Below the pieces are notes generated by a model that was not told where the DNA came from, searched no databases, and saw only the letters and a list, made by a program, of their open reading frames with translations. From positions 1-41,949 of the IMG/VR virus record IMGVR_UViG_2558860473_000005: a stretch of DNA of 41,949 nucleotides; one strand, given 5' to 3'. Origin of the DNA: a virus. Lineage: Duplodnaviria > Heunggongvirae > Uroviricota > Caudoviricetes. The position numbers were made by a program, and so were the translations under genes. Positions 8,578 through 17,828 of the stretch are shown piece by piece (position 1 is the stretch's first letter; each line of letters begins with the position of its first letter).

Positions 8578-8739
8578 TTATTCGCATCGCATGACAACAT
8601 CAAATTTTTCGAGATTACTTTGTCGCAACAATCCTTCTTCTACGCGGTCAGCTTTTCTATAATTATCAAATTCGAAATGTTTAATTACTTCTTTTGTTTC
8701 TCGCTCTATAACTTCAACAATGTATTTCTTATTCATCAT
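8578..8739 (-). CDS. Small hypothetical protein, 53 aa (MMNKKYIVEVIERETKEV...)
   Basis: Hand-translated; ATGA overlap with the upstream gene stop; AT-rich. Confidence 0.35.
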   Translation of the reverse strand: MMNKKYIVEVIERETKEVIKHFEFDNYRKADRVEEGLLRQSNLEKFDVVMRCE

Positions 8740-9032
8740 TCTTCCCCAAGAGCTTTTCTTATTGCTGCGAGACCTTTATTAACAGCTCCATACCATTCTG
8801 GATATGTTGTCGTTGTTCTATTTTTGGTTTGCTTAAGTAATAACTGAAGTGCTTCGAGAAGGTCAGGTGCTGCCGCTATTAGATTGGCATCTTCAATGCA
8901 TTGAACTTCCTCACAGATTGCAATATACGAACGCCAGCCTGCGCCATTTTCAAGTGAGTCTGCCTGGATGATTTTAATCTCATCGCCATCCATCATTATT
9001 TCCCACTTACCTTCAGTACCTTTAAATTCCAT
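8736..9032 (-). CDS. Hypothetical early protein, 98 aa
   Basis: ORF in the leftward N-dependent operon. Confidence 0.5.
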   Translation of the reverse strand: MEFKGTEGKWEIMMDGDEIKIIQADSLENGAGWRSYIAICEEVQCIEDANLIAAAPDLLEALQLLLKQTKNRTTTTYPEWYGAVNKGLAAIRKALGEE

Positions 9033-9050
9033 GTTAGCCTCTGTTGTTTA

Positions 9051-9083
9051 TGCCAAAAATAAAGGCCACCATCAGGCAGCCTT
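9051..9083 (-). terminator. Imperfect hairpin plus U-run (tL1-like)
   Basis: Hairpin AAGGCCACC-atca-GGCAGCCTT with two mismatches, followed by a U-run on the minus strand; overlaps the stop of the 9072..9323 gene. Confidence 0.3.
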
Positions 9084-9323
9084 GTTGTAAATGTTGCAGG
9101 TATCAAGTAAGTAATTAGATGGAGCGCCATAAATTATGAATTCATCGTTTGTCGGGTCCATCTCCATCTCTTGGCCTATTGCCATTCTTGCGTCAGTGTC
9201 GTCAGCGGCGAAGCATAAAACAGCCCACGCCCCCATTGTTTTAAAAAGAACTGCAATTGGCTGTGGTTTTACTGAATTTGCGTTAGCGCGAAAATCACAA
9301 ATCGCACTTTCATGAAACTCCAT
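9072..9323 (-). CDS. Hypothetical early protein, 83 aa
   Basis: ORF immediately downstream of N. Confidence 0.5.
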   Translation of the reverse strand: MEFHESAICDFRANANSVKPQPIAVLFKTMGAWAVLCFAADDTDARMAIGQEMEMDPTNDEFIIYGAPSNYLLDTCNIYNKAA

Positions 9324-9331
9324 ATCTCACC

Positions 9332-9658
9332 TCAAATAAGTGGTTTGCTGCCTAATTTCATTTTCTGGCGACCAACACAAGTCACACCCATTTCACTGCG
9401 TGGCTTGCTGTACCATGTGCGCTGATTCTTGCGCTCAATACGTTGCAGGTTGCTTTCAATCTGTTCGTGGTATTCAGCCAGCACCGTAAGGTCTATCGGA
9501 TTCAGTGCGCTTTCTACTCGTGATTTCGGTTTGCGATTCAGCGAGAGAATAGGGCGGTTAACTGGTTTTGCGCTTACCCCAACCAACAGGGGATTTGCTG
9601 CTTTCCATTGAGCCTGTTTCTCTGCGCGACGTTCGCGGCGGCGTGTTTGTGCATCCAT
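9332..9658 (-). CDS. N: Antitermination protein N (lambda-type), 108 aa
   Basis: Begins MDAQTRRRERRAEKQAQWKAANPLLVG (arginine-rich boxB-binding motif); essentially lambda N by recall; start set at the internal Met of the track ORF. Confidence 0.9.
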   Translation of the reverse strand: MDAQTRRRERRAEKQAQWKAANPLLVGVSAKPVNRPILSLNRKPKSRVESALNPIDLTVLAEYHEQIESNLQRIERKNQRTWYSKPRSEMGVTCVGRQKMKLGSKPLI

Positions 9659-9768
9659 CTGGATTCTCCTGTCAGTTAGCTTTGAGTAACGCGCCGTGAT
9701 GCTTATCTCCACGGTTGCTGTCTTGCAGCTGCATTTCGCGCTACTCAAAGCTTTCTGCTTTGAATGCT

Positions 9769-9799
9769 GCCCTTCTTCAGGGCTTAATTTTTAAGAGCG
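9769..9799 (-). promoter_or_regulatory. nutL (boxA CGCTCTTAA, boxB GCCCTGAAGAAGGGC)
   Basis: Reverse complement reads CGCTCTTAAAAATTAAGCCCTGAAGAAGGGC, the canonical lambda nutL. Confidence 0.85.
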
Positions 9800-9828
9800 T
9801 CACCTTCATGGTGGTTAGTGCGTCCTGC

Positions 9829-9870
9829 TGATGGCTAAATAGTACGATTTGTACTTTATCGAGTCAATAC
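9829..9870 (-). promoter_or_regulatory. Putative PL promoter with OL-type dyad AGTACgatttGTACT
   Basis: On the minus strand: -35 TTGACT, 17-bp spacer, -10 TACTAT, overlapping a perfect 15-bp palindrome that shares the GTAC half-site with the OR sites. Confidence 0.5.
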
Positions 9871-9930
9871 AAAATGTTCTAAATATAATTAGTTTTTTAT
9901 AACGCTTTGTATTTAATGGGTTTATATTTT

Positions 9931-9960
9931 GGAAAAAGAAAACCCGACGCTAAGGTCGGG
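9931..9960 (-). terminator. Rho-independent terminator downstream of cI
   Basis: Hairpin CCCGAC-gctaag-GTCGGG followed by a U-run on the minus strand, about 30 bp after the cI stop. Confidence 0.6.
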
Positions 9961-9992
9961 TTATTGTTGTGTGTTTTAGAGTGGTGAGGCTG

Positions 9993-10652
9993 TTAACTAA
10001 ATGTCTCTTCAGGCCACTGGCTGGCGATAACTTTCCCTACTACGGAACAGCTATCATTGCATGGAATCATTGGATATTGCGGGTTTAGTGGCTGTAGGAA
10101 CACCTGACCGCTATCCCTGATCAGTTTCTTGAAGGTAAACTCGTCACCACCAAGTCTGGCTATGCAGAAATCACCTGGCTCAACAGCCTGATCAGGGTCA
10201 ACGAGAATTAACATCCCGTCAGGAAAGCTTGGCTTGGATCCTGTTGGCGCGGTCATGGAATTACCTTCAACTTCAAGCCAAAACGCACAATCACTGGCTT
10301 TTTTGGTTGTGCTGACCCATCTCTCCGCATCACCTTTGGTAAAGGTTCTAAGCTCAGGCGAGAACATCCCGGCCTGAACATGAGAAAAAACAGGGTACTC
10401 ATATTGTTTTTTAACGGGGGCAGATGAGTATTCGCCAACAGGTGAAAATGTACCGTCGTGGTTGAATGAGACGTTATCAATACCAAGGTATTTAAACACC
10501 ACACCAATCTCGTCAAGAGATGGATGACGAGATCCGCGCAACCAGTGACCAATTCCACCCTGCGTCATACCAAGCTCTTCAGCTAACTTCTCTTGAGTTA
10601 TGCCGAGCTCTTTCATTCTGGATCTAGCCAGTTCATACCATTTCATTTTCAT
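9993..10652 (-). CDS. cI: CI-type prophage repressor (HTH N-terminal domain plus S24/LexA-like C-terminal domain), about 219 aa
   Basis: C-terminal half ([37 protein letters not shown]...) is near-identical to lambda CI by recall; N-terminal DNA-binding domain is different; start taken at MKMKWYEL (10652) or two codons later (10646). Confidence 0.85.
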   Translation of the reverse strand: MKMKWYELARSRMKELGITQEKLAEELGMTQGGIGHWLRGSRHPSLDEIGVVFKYLGIDNVSFNHDGTFSPVGEYSSAPVKKQYEYPVFSHVQAGMFSPELRTFTKGDAERWVSTTKKASDCAFWLEVEGNSMTAPTGSKPSFPDGMLILVDPDQAVEPGDFCIARLGGDEFTFKKLIRDSGQVFLQPLNPQYPMIPCNDSCSVVGKVIASQWPEETFS

Positions 10653-10763
10653 ACCCCTATTATTACGCTCTGTACTAAAACCATCCATGCACAAGATGTA
10701 TTTTTTGTTTGCATTCTAAAAGTACATATCGTATTATTGTTTCATGGTTACTATGGAGGGCAT
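10653..10763 (+). promoter_or_regulatory. OR/PR/PRM region: two GTAC dyads (ATTACgctctGTACT 10662-10676; AGTACatatcGTATT 10721-10735) and putative PR (-35 TTGCAT 10709-10714, -10 TATTAT 10732-10737)
   Basis: Divergent cI-cro intergenic region; the dyads share half-sites with the OL dyad; PR has a 17-bp spacer and is overlapped by the second dyad. Confidence 0.5.
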
Positions 10764-10979
10764 ATGAGCAACCTACGAAAATATCGAGAGTCACTGAATA
10801 TCTCTCAAACAACACTTGCTAAGGCAGTTGGATGCACACAGGGAGCTATCGGACATTGGGAATCTGGTCGTCGCTTCCCAGACCTTAAAACATGCCGTGC
10901 TCTTGTTGAGTGCCTAAACAAGTTAGGCGCAAAAGTCAGTCTTGATGACGTGTTCCCGCCGGAACACAAAGCCGCTTAA
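10764..10979 (+). CDS. cro: Cro-like HTH (XRE-family) regulator, 71 aa
   Basis: GGAGGG RBS upstream of ATG; helix-turn-helix segment ISQTTLAKAVGCTQGAIGHWESG; divergent from cI; not lambda Cro. Confidence 0.8.
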   Translation: MSNLRKYRESLNISQTTLAKAVGCTQGAIGHWESGRRFPDLKTCRALVECLNKLGAKVSLDDVFPPEHKAA

Positions 10980-10988
10980 GACATTCCA

Positions 10989-11019
10989 GCTCTTACACAT
11001 CCCAGCCCTGAAAAAGGGC
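10989..11019 (+). promoter_or_regulatory. nutR (boxA GCTCTTACA, boxB GCCCTGAAAAAGGGC)
   Basis: Matches lambda nutR by recall; the tR1 region follows before cII. Confidence 0.8.
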
Positions 11020-11098
11020 ATCAAATTAAACCACACCTATGGTGTATGCATTTATTTGCATACATTCAATCAATTGTTATCTAAGGAAATACTTACAT

Positions 11099-11392
11099 AT
11101 GGTTCGTGCAAACAAACGCAACGAGGCTCTACGAATCGAGAGTGCGTTGCTTAACAAAATCGCAATGCTTGGAACTGAGAAGACAGCGGAAGCTGTGGGC
11201 GTTGATAAGTCGCAGATCAGCAGGTGGAAGAGGGACTGGATTCCAAAGTTCTCAATGCTGCTTGCTGTTCTTGAATGGGGTGTTGTCGACGACGACATGG
11301 CTCGATTGGCACGACAAGTTGCTTCGATTCTCACCAATAAAAAACGCCCGGCGGCAACCGAGCGTTCTGATCAAATACAAATGGAATTTTAA
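11099..11392 (+). CDS. cII: Transcriptional activator CII (lambda-type), 97 aa
   Basis: MVRANKRNEALRIESALLNKIAMLGTEKTAEAVGVDKSQISRWKRDWIPKF... near-identical to lambda CII by recall. Confidence 0.9.
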   Translation: MVRANKRNEALRIESALLNKIAMLGTEKTAEAVGVDKSQISRWKRDWIPKFSMLLAVLEWGVVDDDMARLARQVASILTNKKRPAATERSDQIQMEF

Positions 11393-11414
11393 CAACATCC
11401 AACGAGGTAATTAT

Positions 11415-11687
11415 ATGCGAAACAAAGGCTTTAATCCACCTGATACACACAAAGAAGCTAAGCGTTTGCGCTTCCTTCGTTCCATTGATGAAAGAACTCA
11501 AATCTCTTTTGTGAAAGTTGCCAGAACTGAGCTTCTGAAGGCTGAGGCGAGGGCGTTGCTCTCGTCTCTACCAAAAGAGGAGGGATATACGTTCATTCCA
11601 AACGCATTTCTGGAAAAGCTTCTCAAAGAAGACATATCCGTAAGTCAGTTTAACGATGTTCTTAAGGTCTTTCGTCAAGGCAGGTAG
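11415..11687 (+). CDS. Hypothetical protein between cII and the replication initiator, 90 aa
   Basis: GAGGT RBS upstream of ATG; occupies a position where lambda has no gene. Confidence 0.5.
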   Translation: MRNKGFNPPDTHKEAKRLRFLRSIDERTQISFVKVARTELLKAEARALLSSLPKEEGYTFIPNAFLEKLLKEDISVSQFNDVLKVFRQGR

Positions 11688-11689
11688 TT

Positions 11690-12637
11690 ATGAGCAATAC
11701 AGCAAAAATCTACGATTTCAGCGCCGCACACGAGCGCAGGAGCAACAGGATGGAGAACCAGAAAACTGGTTACATTCCGTTGTACCGGAGCATTCTGAAA
11801 CAGTCATGGGCGAAAGATGTTTATCTTCGCACCCTGTGGGAAAACCTTCTCCTGAATGCCGCCAGAAAGCCATACAAAGCGAATTTCAAAGGTCATGAAT
11901 GGCATCTGCAACCCGGTCAACTGGTTGTGACAGCAGCTGATTTAGGTCTTCAGTTATGCGACAGACATGGCAAGCCAGCAAGCCGTGATCAGGTTGAGCG
12001 GATGCTTCAGGTTTTTGTGAAAGAGGGGATGATCTCCATTGATGGAGAGAAGCAAAAAGGTCGTGTGATAACCATCACAAATTACCATGAATATGCTCAA
12101 AAAATGGACAATTTACCCGCACATGAAGCCGCACAAACAACCGCACATGATGCCGCACATGACGAAGACAGTAATGGCGCGGCTTTCAGCGCACATGCCG
12201 CACATGAAAGCGCACATGAAGCCGCACAAACAACCGCACATCATGAACAAGAAGGTATTAACAAGAATATAAATAATACCCCCCTACCCCCCAATGGGGG
12301 AGGCGATGGGCAGGTTAAACCTGAACGTCGCAAGGCAGAACGAATCGACTACGAATCCTTCCTGAACGCCTACAACACCGAAGTCGGTGACAGACTGCCA
12401 CACGCTGTTGCGGTCAACGAGAAACGCAAACGCCGCCTGAAGAAAATCATCCCACAACTGAAAACGCCAAACGTGGACGGTTTCAGAGCGTATGTCAGGG
12501 CGTTTGTGCATCAGGCTAAGCCGTTTTACTTCGGAGACAACGACACGGGCTGGACGGCAGATTTTGATTACCTGTTGAGGGAAGATTCGTTAACGGGAGT
12601 ACGGGAAGGGAAGTTTGCAGACAGGGGGATTGCATGA
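11690..12637 (+). CDS. Replication initiator (O-like / P22 gp18-like replisome organiser), 315 aa
   Basis: N-terminal O-like DNA-binding domain; internal [10 protein letters not shown] repeat encoded by the iteron array; position between cII and the helicase. Confidence 0.7.
   Translation: MSNTAKIYDFSAAHERRSNRMENQKTGYIPLYRSILKQSWAKDVYLRTLWENLLLNAARKPYKANFKGHEWHLQPGQLVVTAADLGLQLCDRHGKPASRDQVERMLQVFVKEGMISIDGEKQKGRVITITNYHEYAQKMDNLPAHEAAQTTAHDAAHDEDSNGAAFSAHAAHESAHEAAQTTAHHEQEGINKNINNTPLPPNGGGDGQVKPERRKAERIDYESFLNAYNTEVGDRLPHAVAVNEKRKRRLKKIIPQLKTPNVDGFRAYVRAFVHQAKPFYFGDNDTGWTADFDYLLREDSLTGVREGKFADRGIA
12117..12245 (+). repeat. Iteron-like direct repeats inside the O-like gene (putative origin), followed by an AT-rich stretch and a GC-rich palindrome
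   Basis: 31-bp perfect direct repeat CGCACATGAAGCCGCACAAACAACCGCACAT at about 12118 and 12211 plus at least 7 copies of the CGCACATG core; AT-rich about 12246-12282; CCCCCAATGGGGG palindrome about 12290. Confidence 0.5.
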
Positions 12638-14010
12638 GACAGGATATCGAAGCGAGCGTTATCGGTGGCCTGCTGATTGGTGGATTAACTCCAACCGCCA
12701 GTGACGTTCTGGCAACGCTTGAGCCGGAAGCGTTTTCAATTCCGCTCTACAGGAAAGCCTTCGAAGTTATCCGTAAGCAGGCGAGAAACAGAAACCTAAT
12801 CGACGCGCTGATGGTTGCCGAGGCGTGCGGAGAGGAGCATTTCACGTCAATCCTGATGACCAGTAAGAACTGCCCGAGTGCCGCAAACCTGAAGGGATAT
12901 GCCGGAATGGTCGCGGATAACTATCACCGCCGTCTGGTGCTGGAAATCATGGATGAAATGCGTGAACCAATTCAGAGCGGAACCATCGATACATCGAGTC
13001 AGGCGATGGACGAGCTTGTAAAGCGTCTTTCAGCCATCAGAAAGCCCCGTGACGAGGTTAAACCTGTACGGTTAGGGGAAATCATCACTGACTACACTGA
13101 CACGCTTGACAGGCGTCTGAGGAACGGAGAAGAGTCCGATACCCTGAAGACCGGAATCGAAGAACTTGATGCCATCACCGGAGGGATGAACGCAGAAGAC
13201 CTGGTGATAATCGCTGCTCGTCCTGGTATGGGGAAAACCGAACTGGCGCTGAAGATTGCCGAAGGCGTTGCAAGCCGCGTTATTCCTGGTTCTGACGTCC
13301 GGCGCGGGGTATTGATTTTCTCAATGGAAATGAGCGCATTGCAGATTGCAGAGCGAAGCATTGCCAACGCCGGGAGGATGTCGGTTAGCGTACTGCGAAA
13401 TCCTGCATCGATGGATGACGAAGGCTGGGCGCGTGTTGCTAACGGCATGAGTCAGCTTGCAGATTTGGATGTATGGGTAGTCGATGCCTCGCGGTTATCG
13501 GTCGAAGAAATACGCTCAATCGCAGAACGGCATAAACAGGAAAATCCAAACCTCTCGCTCATCATGGTGGATTATCTTGGCCTGATTGAGAAGCCGAAAG
13601 CAGACCGCAACGACCTCGCAATTGCTCACATCTCCGGAAGCCTGAAGGCGATGGCGAAAGACCTGAAAACACCGGTTATCTCCCTGAGTCAGCTTTCGCG
13701 CGATGTTGAGAAGCGACCAAACAAACGCCCGACAAACGCAGATTTGCGTGATTCAGGAAGCATTGAACAGGATGCAGACTCAATCATCATGCTCTATCGG
13801 GAAGCGGTATATGACGAGAACAGTAGCGCCGCACCATTTGCTGAAATCATTGTGACGAAAAACCGTTTTGGCTCGCTTGGTACGGTTTACCAGCGGTTCT
13901 GCAACGGACACTTTGTTGCATGTGACCAGGATGAAGCCAGACATATTTGCACAACATCAAATGCACCTGCTGCGCGTGGCAGACGATATGCACAAGGGGC
14001 TGACGTATGA
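12634..14010 (+). CDS. Replicative DNA helicase (DnaB family, P22 gp12-like), 458 aa
   Basis: Walker A GMGKTE context, DnaB N- and C-terminal domain architecture; overlaps the O-like stop. Confidence 0.85.
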   Translation: MRQDIEASVIGGLLIGGLTPTASDVLATLEPEAFSIPLYRKAFEVIRKQARNRNLIDALMVAEACGEEHFTSILMTSKNCPSAANLKGYAGMVADNYHRRLVLEIMDEMREPIQSGTIDTSSQAMDELVKRLSAIRKPRDEVKPVRLGEIITDYTDTLDRRLRNGEESDTLKTGIEELDAITGGMNAEDLVIIAARPGMGKTELALKIAEGVASRVIPGSDVRRGVLIFSMEMSALQIAERSIANAGRMSVSVLRNPASMDDEGWARVANGMSQLADLDVWVVDASRLSVEEIRSIAERHKQENPNLSLIMVDYLGLIEKPKADRNDLAIAHISGSLKAMAKDLKTPVISLSQLSRDVEKRPNKRPTNADLRDSGSIEQDADSIIMLYREAVYDENSSAAPFAEIIVTKNRFGSLGTVYQRFCNGHFVACDQDEARHICTTSNAPAARGRRYAQGADV

Positions 14011-14082
14011 CCATCTACATCACTGAGCTAATAACAGGCCTGCTGGTAATCGCAGGCCTTTTTATTTGGGGGAGAGTAAATC

Positions 14083-14289
14083 GTGGCTGAGTTAATTTTC
14101 TCTGCATTGAGGCTTCTCGGTGCTCTGTGGATGGTGGCGACGTTCATTGTGGTTGCTGTCTGTTTTGTCCGGTTGGTAGGCGAAGGTAAAGACCTGGCGG
14201 GTGTGCTTTTCGGTAGCATTCTCATGTGGGTGATTATCGGTGTTGCGCCTGTCGCTGTAGCAAAAATGGCGTGGTGTTTTGTGAGTTGA
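14083..14289 (+). CDS. Small hydrophobic (probably 2-TM) membrane protein, 68 aa
   Basis: GGGAGAG RBS; GTG start per ORF track; largely hydrophobic sequence. Confidence 0.5.
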   Translation: MAELIFSALRLLGALWMVATFIVVAVCFVRLVGEGKDLAGVLFGSILMWVIIGVAPVAVAKMAWCFVS

Positions 14290-14306
14290 ACTGAGGGTAA
14301 GTATCG

Positions 14307-14621
14307 ATGGACGAATCAAGAAAGCAGTTTGAGGAATACGTTGCCAAAAAATTGAGATTACCATTCGAGATGATAACCGAGGCAAGAAATGGTGATAGGT
14401 ACTTTGCATTTTCAAGCATGGATATTCGTCACTCCTTAAATGAGTGGTGGGCTTTATGGCAGGCATCGCGAGCAGCTATTGAAATAACCGCGCCAAAGTT
14501 TATCGACAGCAGAGAAGCATTAGCCAAAGGGTTTACTGTTGATTATTCCAATGGCTTCGGTGATGCAATGGATGCTTATGAGGAAAACATCCGCGCTGCT
14601 GGAGTCAAAGTGAAGGAGTAA
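14307..14621 (+). CDS. Hypothetical nin-region protein, 104 aa
   Basis: GAGGG RBS upstream of ATG; tightly packed before ninB. Confidence 0.5.
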   Translation: MDESRKQFEEYVAKKLRLPFEMITEARNGDRYFAFSSMDIRHSLNEWWALWQASRAAIEITAPKFIDSREALAKGFTVDYSNGFGDAMDAYEENIRAAGVKVKE

Positions 14622-14623
14622 CG

Positions 14624-15034
14624 ATGAAGCAAACAATCTTCCTCCGAACTAAGCAACAACAGCAAGCCGCAATCAACGCCATCCTCGAAACTCCTCTCGA
14701 TAAAGACAAGCCAGTCACCATCCGCATTACTGACTACAAGCGCAACCTTAACCAGAACGCAAAATTTCACGCGATGCTGGCGGATATCGCACGTCAGGTT
14801 CAATGGTGCGGAAAATGGTTAAAACCGGAACAATGGAAGGTTTTGTTGATCAGCGGTCATGCAGTGGCAACAAAACAGGAAGCTGATGTTTTACCCGGGC
14901 TTGAAGGCGAATACGTCAACATTCGCGAAAGCAGCGCGCAGATGAGCGTGAAGCGTATGGCAAGTCTGATCGAGTACACAACAGCCTGGGCTATTGGTCA
15001 GGGTGTCAGATTTACCGACAGGAGGTACGAATGA
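14624..15034 (+). CDS. ninB: NinB (Orf-family recombination mediator), 136 aa
   Basis: Similarity to lambda NinB by recall; position at the start of the nin region. Confidence 0.75.
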   Translation: MKQTIFLRTKQQQQAAINAILETPLDKDKPVTIRITDYKRNLNQNAKFHAMLADIARQVQWCGKWLKPEQWKVLLISGHAVATKQEADVLPGLEGEYVNIRESSAQMSVKRMASLIEYTTAWAIGQGVRFTDRRYE

Positions 15035-15213
15035 GACGACAGCGACGAAATATCACCGACATCATCTGCGAAAACTGCAAATACCTTCCAACGAAACGCT
15101 CAAGAAATAAACGCAAGCCAATCCCAAAAGAATCTGACGTAAAAACCTTCAATTACACGGCTCACCTGTGGGATATCCGGTGGCTTAGAGAACGTGCGAG
15201 GAAAACAAGGTGA
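15031..15213 (+). CDS. ninE: NinE, 60 aa
   Basis: [30 protein letters not shown]... near-identical to lambda NinE by recall. Confidence 0.85.
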   Translation: MRRQRRNITDIICENCKYLPTKRSRNKRKPIPKESDVKTFNYTAHLWDIRWLRERARKTR

Positions 15214-15380
15214 TTGACCAAAATCGAAGTTACGAACAAGAAAGCGTCGAGCGGGCTTTAACGTGCGCTAACTGCGGTCAGAAGCTGCATGTGCTGGAAG
15301 TTCACGTGTGTGAGCACTGCTGCGCAGAACTGATGAGCGATCCGAATAGCTCAATGTACGAGGAAGAAGACGATGAATGA
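15210..15380 (+). CDS. ninF: NinF, 56 aa (GTG start)
   Basis: Hand-translated [44 protein letters not shown]... matches lambda NinF by recall; overlaps ninE stop and the next gene start. Confidence 0.75.
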   Translation: MIDQNRSYEQESVERALTCANCGQKLHVLEVHVCEHCCAELMSDPNSSMYEEEDDE

Positions 15381-16095
15381 GTTAATAAATGGCAATGCCA
15401 TCAAAATGACAAGCATTGAAATCGCTGAGTTGGTGGGTAAGCGTCATGACAATGTGAAACGTACCATCGAAACGCTGGCTAAAAATGGTGTTATCCGGCT
15501 TCCTCAAATTGAGGTTTCCGAAAGAATCAATAACTTAGGGTTCAGTGTTCAGTACGAGCATTACGTCTTCGAGGGCGAACAAGGTAAGCGAGACAGTATT
15601 GTCGTTGTTGCCCAGTTGTCGCCAGAGTTCACCGCTCGTCTTGTTGACCGTTGGCGAGAGCTTGAAGAAACTGCGGTTAATATCCCAAAAACGTTACCGG
15701 AAGCGTTGCGCCTTGCTGCTGATCTTGCTGAGCAGAAAATGCAACTGGAAAACCAGCTCGCAATTGCCGCACCTAAAGTTGAGTTTGCCGATCGCGTTGG
15801 CGAGGCCAGCGGAATTTTGATTGGAAACTTTGCAAAGGTTGTTGGTATTGGTCCAAACAAACTGTTTGCGTGGATGCGCGATCACAAAATCCTTATTGCT
15901 TCAGGTTCCCGGCGCAATGTGCCAATGCAGGAATATATGGATCGCGGCTATTTCACAGTGAAAGAAACAGCGGTCAACACAAATCACGGAATACAGATAT
16001 CGTTCACCACAAAAATCACCGGGCGTGGTCAACAGTGGCTGACCAGAAAGCTGCTCGATAACGGAATGCTGAAAGTAACCGGGGAGGCTGCTTAA
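15373..16095 (+). CDS. Rha-family phage regulatory protein / antirepressor-like, 240 aa
   Basis: N-terminal Rha-type motif MTSIEIAELVGKRHDNVKRTIETL; C-terminal antirepressor-like domain. Confidence 0.65.
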   Translation: MNELINGNAIKMTSIEIAELVGKRHDNVKRTIETLAKNGVIRLPQIEVSERINNLGFSVQYEHYVFEGEQGKRDSIVVVAQLSPEFTARLVDRWRELEETAVNIPKTLPEALRLAADLAEQKMQLENQLAIAAPKVEFADRVGEASGILIGNFAKVVGIGPNKLFAWMRDHKILIASGSRRNVPMQEYMDRGYFTVKETAVNTNHGIQISFTTKITGRGQQWLTRKLLDNGMLKVTGEAA

Positions 16096-16385
16096 TGGCT
16101 AACCTACGCAAAGAAGCACGCGGCAGAGAATGCCAGGTACGTATTTACGGCGTATGCAATGGCAACCCTGAAACTACAGTTCTGGCACATTACCGGATGG
16201 CTGGAATTTGCGGAACGGGAATGAAACCTGACGACCTGATCGGCGCATGGGCTTGTAGCGCGTGTCACGATGAAATCGACCGACGCACCCATAACCTCGA
16301 CAACAAAGACGCCAGACTTTACCACCTGGAAGGCGTGATCAGGACGCAGGCGATACTGCTGAAGGAGGGGAAGATTAAGCCATGA
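16095..16385 (+). CDS. YbcO-like DUF1364 protein (putative nuclease), 96 aa
   Basis: Cys-rich motifs ECQVRIYGVCNGNPETTVLAH and ACSACHDEIDRR resembling DLP12 YbcO. Confidence 0.65.
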   Translation: MANLRKEARGRECQVRIYGVCNGNPETTVLAHYRMAGICGTGMKPDDLIGAWACSACHDEIDRRTHNLDNKDARLYHLEGVIRTQAILLKEGKIKP

Positions 16386-16744
16386 ACGAATATCAGTTTG
16401 TGCTTCCATACCCGCCGTCGGTGAACACCTACTGGCGAAGACGGGGAAGCCAATACTACATCAGCGATAAAGGCCAGAAATACCGAAAAGACGTTCAGCA
16501 AATCATCCGCCAACTCAAGTTAGACATTTTCACCAAATCACGACTCCGCATCAAAGTCATCGCAGACGTTCCAGACTCCCGCCGCCGCGACCTCGATAAC
16601 ATCCTGAAAGGTTTACTCGATTCCCTTATCCACGCCGGATTTGCGGAAGACGACGAGCAATTCGATGACATTCGCGTAATTCGTGGTGTGAAAGTACCAG
16701 GCGGACGGCTTGGAATAAAAATCACCGAACTGGAGAACGCATGA
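16382..16744 (+). CDS. rusA: RusA Holliday-junction resolvase, 120 aa
   Basis: RusA-family size and conserved acidic residues; typical nin-region position. Confidence 0.8.
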   Translation: MNEYQFVLPYPPSVNTYWRRRGSQYYISDKGQKYRKDVQQIIRQLKLDIFTKSRLRIKVIADVPDSRRRDLDNILKGLLDSLIHAGFAEDDEQFDDIRVIRGVKVPGGRLGIKITELENA

Positions 16745-16929
16745 ACGCCACAATTCAAACGATACCAGAGCTTCTTATCCAGACACGAGGCAATCAGACC
16801 GAGGTGGCGAGGATGCTTTCCTGTGCAAGAGGAACAGTGCTCAAGTACAACCGAGACAGCAAAGGTGAGCGTCACGTAATAGTTAACGGCGTCCTGATGG
16901 TCAAACAGGGCAAGAGGGGTAGACCATGA
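16741..16929 (+). CDS. ninH: NinH, 62 aa
   Basis: GNQTEVARMLSCARGTVLKY motif matches lambda NinH by recall. Confidence 0.75.
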   Translation: MNATIQTIPELLIQTRGNQTEVARMLSCARGTVLKYNRDSKGERHVIVNGVLMVKQGKRGRP

Positions 16930-17549
16930 GACTCGAAAGTGTAGCTAAATTTCATTCGCCAAAAAGCCCGATGATGAGCGACTCACCACGGGCTACGGCT
17001 TCTGACTCTCTTTCCGGTACTGATGTGATGGCTGCTATGGGGATGGCGCAATCACAAGCCGGATTCGGAATGGCTGCATTCTGCGGTAAGCATGAACTCA
17101 GCCAGAACGACAAACAAAAGGCTATCAACTATCTGATGCAATTTGCACACAAGGTATCGGGGAAATACCGTGGTGTGGCAAAGCTTGAAGGAAATACTAA
17201 GGCAAAGGTACTGCAAGTGCTCGCAACATTCGCTTATGCGGATTATTGCCGTAGTGCCGCGACGCCGGGCGCAAGATGCAGAGATTGCCACGGTACAGGC
17301 CGTGCGGTTGATATAGCAAAAACAGAGCAGTGGGGGAGAGTTGTTGAGAAAGAGTGCGGAAGATGCAAAGGTGTCGGCTATTCAAGGATGCCAGCAAGCG
17401 CCGCATATCGCGCTGTGACGATGCTAATCCCAAATCTTACCCAACCAACCTGGTCACGCACTGTTAAGCCGCTGTATGACGCTCTGGTGGTGCAATGCCA
17501 CAAGGAAGAGTCAATCGCAGACAACATTTTGAATGCGGTCACACGTTAG
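16926..17549 (+). CDS. Q: Late-gene antiterminator Q (lambda-type), 207 aa
   Basis: Sequence essentially lambda Q by recall, including the zinc-binding cysteines. Confidence 0.9.
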   Translation: MRLESVAKFHSPKSPMMSDSPRATASDSLSGTDVMAAMGMAQSQAGFGMAAFCGKHELSQNDKQKAINYLMQFAHKVSGKYRGVAKLEGNTKAKVLQVLATFAYADYCRSAATPGARCRDCHGTGRAVDIAKTEQWGRVVEKECGRCKGVGYSRMPASAAYRAVTMLIPNLTQPTWSRTVKPLYDALVVQCHKEESIADNILNAVTR

Positions 17550-17591
17550 CAGCATGATTGCCACGGATGGCAACATATTAACGGCATAATA

Positions 17592-17626
17592 TTGACTTTT
17601 TGAATAAAGTTGGGTAAATTTGACTC
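17592..17626 (+). promoter_or_regulatory. Late promoter PR' (-35 TTGACT, -10 TAAATT) with qut region
   Basis: Matches the lambda PR' region by recall; 17-bp spacer. Confidence 0.8.
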
Positions 17627-17820
17627 AACGATGGGTTAATTCGCTCGTTGTTGTAGTGAGATGAAAAGAGGCGGCGCTTACTACCGATTCCGCCTAGTTG
17701 GTCACTTCGACGTATCGTCTGGAACTCCAACCATCGCAGGCTGAGAGGTCTGTAAAATGCAATCCCGAAACAGTTCGCAGGTAATAGTTAGAGCCTGCAT
17801 AACGGTTTCGGGATTTTTTA
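17627..17820 (+). ncRNA. 6S RNA-like PR' leader transcript ending at tR'
   Basis: About 194 nt from the predicted start to the tR' hairpin (ATCCCGAAAC ... GTTTCGGGAT + U-run at 17762-17820), as in lambda. Confidence 0.6.
17762..17820 (+). terminator. tR' intrinsic terminator (Q target)
   Basis: 10-bp stem followed by TTTTTT. Confidence 0.8.
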
Positions 17821-17828
17821 TATCTGTG

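Noticed and set aside
12117-12245. CRISPR-like repeat array
   Set aside because: Repeats are short, lie in frame inside a protein-coding gene and encode a peptide repeat; no spacers of uniform length and no cas genes; origin iterons explain them better.
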